44,829 nt of DNA from Escherichia phage VB_EcoS-Golestan, in sequence record NC_042084.1. One strand, written 5' to 3'. Under the pieces are notes generated by a model. That model did no database searches. It was not told where the DNA came from and saw only the letters and a list, made by a program, of their open reading frames with translations. Shown here in pieces: positions 43,243 to 44,829 of this stretch. The position numbers and the translations under genes are program-made. Numbering within the stretch: the first letter of the stretch is position 1; the number at the start of each line of letters is the position of its first letter.

Positions 43243-43420
43243 AGCGCCTGAACCAGTAGTTATCGATGGCGTCCTGTGGAAGCCATACTCGGTTTACCAC
43301 ATCGACGCCGACGGGAAGAAGTTTAGCTTCTACATTTTTGCAATTAGCCGTGAGCACGCCGCTTGTGTGGTTGACGATATTCGAGAAACGGCGTGGCTTG
43401 GTGATGAGATAGCGGGGTGA
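43235..43420 (+). CDS. Hypothetical protein
   Basis: 61 aa; overlaps previous stop. Confidence 0.4.
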   Translation: MTKAPEPVVIDGVLWKPYSVYHIDADGKKFSFYIFAISREHAACVVDDIRETAWLGDEIAG

Positions 43421-43507
43421 GAGTATGAGTCTCGAGGTGGTTATCGGTCTGGTGGGTCTTAGTTACTTCATTGGGCTGTTGGTTGGGTTTCTGTGGGGTA
43501 AATACTA

Positions 43508-43678
43508 ATGTTCAGTGACATTAACGCGGCAATCGAAGAAGCAATCTGGCGTCGCTACAACGGCGAGCAACAACGGCATTTCTGCCTGGTGCAACGCGGT
43601 AACATGATTGCCGTAGTGCAGGACCGCGATAACAAATATCCGAATGCGATGTGGACAACGAGGAATTTTTTAGGATGA
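43508..43678 (+). CDS. Hypothetical small protein (56 aa)
   Basis: Hand-translated MFSDINAAIEEAIWRRYNGEQQRHFCLVQRGNMIAVVQDRDNKYPNAMWTTRNFLG; preceded by a 27-aa hydrophobic mini-ORF (43425-43508). Confidence 0.3.
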   Translation: MFSDINAAIEEAIWRRYNGEQQRHFCLVQRGNMIAVVQDRDNKYPNAMWTTRNFLG

Positions 43679-43911
43679 TTACCAGCATTCCGAACCTGAT
43701 TAAAGAATTCGGCACGATGGCCGAGACATGCCGGCAAACCGGCATCAACGAAATGACGATTGCGAAGTACAGCAAAGACGTTGATTGCGAGCGCCACGTA
43801 ATTTATAACAATCGTCTGATGACACATGTTAAGACAAGCCCGGTGTTATTCACGCGCCGAGGTATCACTAAAACTGAGCAACGCATTGCTAAAGGGGAGA
43901 GTGGGGAATGA
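43675..43911 (+). CDS. Hypothetical protein, possible HTH; start set at ATG 43675
   Basis: ATGA coupling to 43508-43678; contains CRQTGINEMTIAKYSK. Confidence 0.4.
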   Translation: MITSIPNLIKEFGTMAETCRQTGINEMTIAKYSKDVDCERHVIYNNRLMTHVKTSPVLFTRRGITKTEQRIAKGESGE

Positions 43912-44090
43912 TTGAGATTTTGAGGGCTACGAATGTTGCTGGTGACCTGGTGTTTTGGCTGGCCTTTCTCGGTGTGCTGATAAAACAACCGACTCTGTTT
44001 AACAGTCTCCCTCGTTACCTGTGGTGGCCTATGTTTTTAGGCATGGGTGTATCAGGCGTGGCAGGCATCCTTTTGTGGTTTTTCAAATGA
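43908..44090 (+). CDS. Small membrane protein (two hydrophobic segments)
   Basis: 60 aa; LVFWLAFLGVLI and MFLGMGVSGVAGILLWFF segments. Confidence 0.4.
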   Translation: MIEILRATNVAGDLVFWLAFLGVLIKQPTLFNSLPRYLWWPMFLGMGVSGVAGILLWFFK

Positions 44091-44192
44091 GACTACTAAT
44101 CATCCCTAACGCCTGGGCCATTCCCGTAGCCAACGACCATTACGGCGGCGACGGTAAAAGAGCGCAACGACACGGCCTATACAACTGATACA

Positions 44193-44215
44193 AGCCCTCT
44201 ACGGAGGGCTTTTCT
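44193..44215 (+). terminator. Terminator-like hairpin upstream of the small terminase gene
   Basis: AGCCCTC-TACG-GAGGGCT followed by TTTC. Confidence 0.4.
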
Positions 44216-44309
44216 GTACATCCCGCCCAATCCCCTTATATAATCTATTTAGACGCGTAGGGCGCGTCTGGTGCGCTCTGATGGTCAGACGCATATGCAA
44301 GGGGATTCT

Positions 44310-44819
44310 ATGAAGCTGAAACTTAAGCAGCCATCGCCAGAGGTGGTGCAAGCTGCACATGAAGAAGCTGTTAGCGCAAACCGTCGCCGTAAACAACCGC
44401 GCGGTAAACAGAGCCTTTATCAATCATCCCGTAATTCCGCGGCGTTGTGGGACCCGGACTATTGCGACGAACTGATTCGTTTCTTCGACCGCACGTCATG
44501 GAAACTTGTGCCCACGTCCAAAGGTGACGAACGCCCGCTGATTCAGGATAAACCGCCATCACTGGCCCGCTTCGCCTTACACATCGGCGTCACTATCCCT
44601 ATTATTAAGCTTTGGCTGCGTGAGATTCCCGCATTTGCAGAAGCCTGGGAGACAGCACAGGCGCTGGAAGAGGCATACTTCACTGAAACGGGGGCCGCGG
44701 GCATCTCTGCTACGTTTGCTGCCGCGAAACTGGGCCTGAATAAAACAGTTGTCGCCGAAGAAGTACGCGACGAGCCAATCAGCGAAGTAACAATTAAGGT
44801 GGTGTCCGGTGAACGTTAA
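44310..44819 (+). CDS. Terminase small subunit; start set at ATG 44310
   Basis: 169 aa; RBS AAGGGGA; basic N-terminus; immediately precedes the window end where the large terminase would follow. Confidence 0.6.
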   Translation: MKLKLKQPSPEVVQAAHEEAVSANRRRKQPRGKQSLYQSSRNSAALWDPDYCDELIRFFDRTSWKLVPTSKGDERPLIQDKPPSLARFALHIGVTIPIIKLWLREIPAFAEAWETAQALEEAYFTETGAAGISATFAAAKLGLNKTVVAEEVRDEPISEVTIKVVSGER

Positions 44820-44829
44820 TATCACGGCA

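Overview
The window reads as a nearly complete genome of a tailed dsDNA phage with siphovirus-type morphogenesis genes, probably virulent (no integrase, CI-type repressor or att-like repeats found). All calls come from reading the sequence and ORF track by eye; no database search or computation was run. Layout: (1) + strand head genes: large terminase (5' end cut by the window edge), portal, MuF-like head morphogenesis protein (HPNCR motif), Ig-like protein; (2) a small - strand lipoprotein cassette; (3) + strand spanins, scaffold, major capsid, Ig-like decoration protein, connector proteins, major tail protein; (4) a - strand accessory cassette between the major tail gene and the tail chaperones (Imm-like membrane protein, HTH-metallophosphoesterase, HAD phosphatase, P-loop kinase); (5) + strand tail chaperone pair in a -1 frameshift arrangement, tape measure, tail tip proteins, beta-helix tailspike; (6) a long - strand replication/recombination block (Toprim protein, SNF2 helicase, orphan C5 cytosine methyltransferase, VRR-NUC, family A DNA polymerase, SSB-like protein, Cas4-like nuclease, primase/helicase, HTH regulators) with one Cro-like gene on the + strand; (7) a + strand block of small genes, holin/endolysin, more small genes and the small terminase at the right edge. 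The most notable non-coding signals are two near-identical promoter families sharing a 14-bp inverted repeat AATAG-N4-CTATT (8 copies), a duplicated promoter plus conserved leader element at the head of the two long rightward operons (candidate antitermination or small-RNA element), and a (CTCA)6 tetranucleotide tract. Exact gene starts are uncertain in several places and are flagged.
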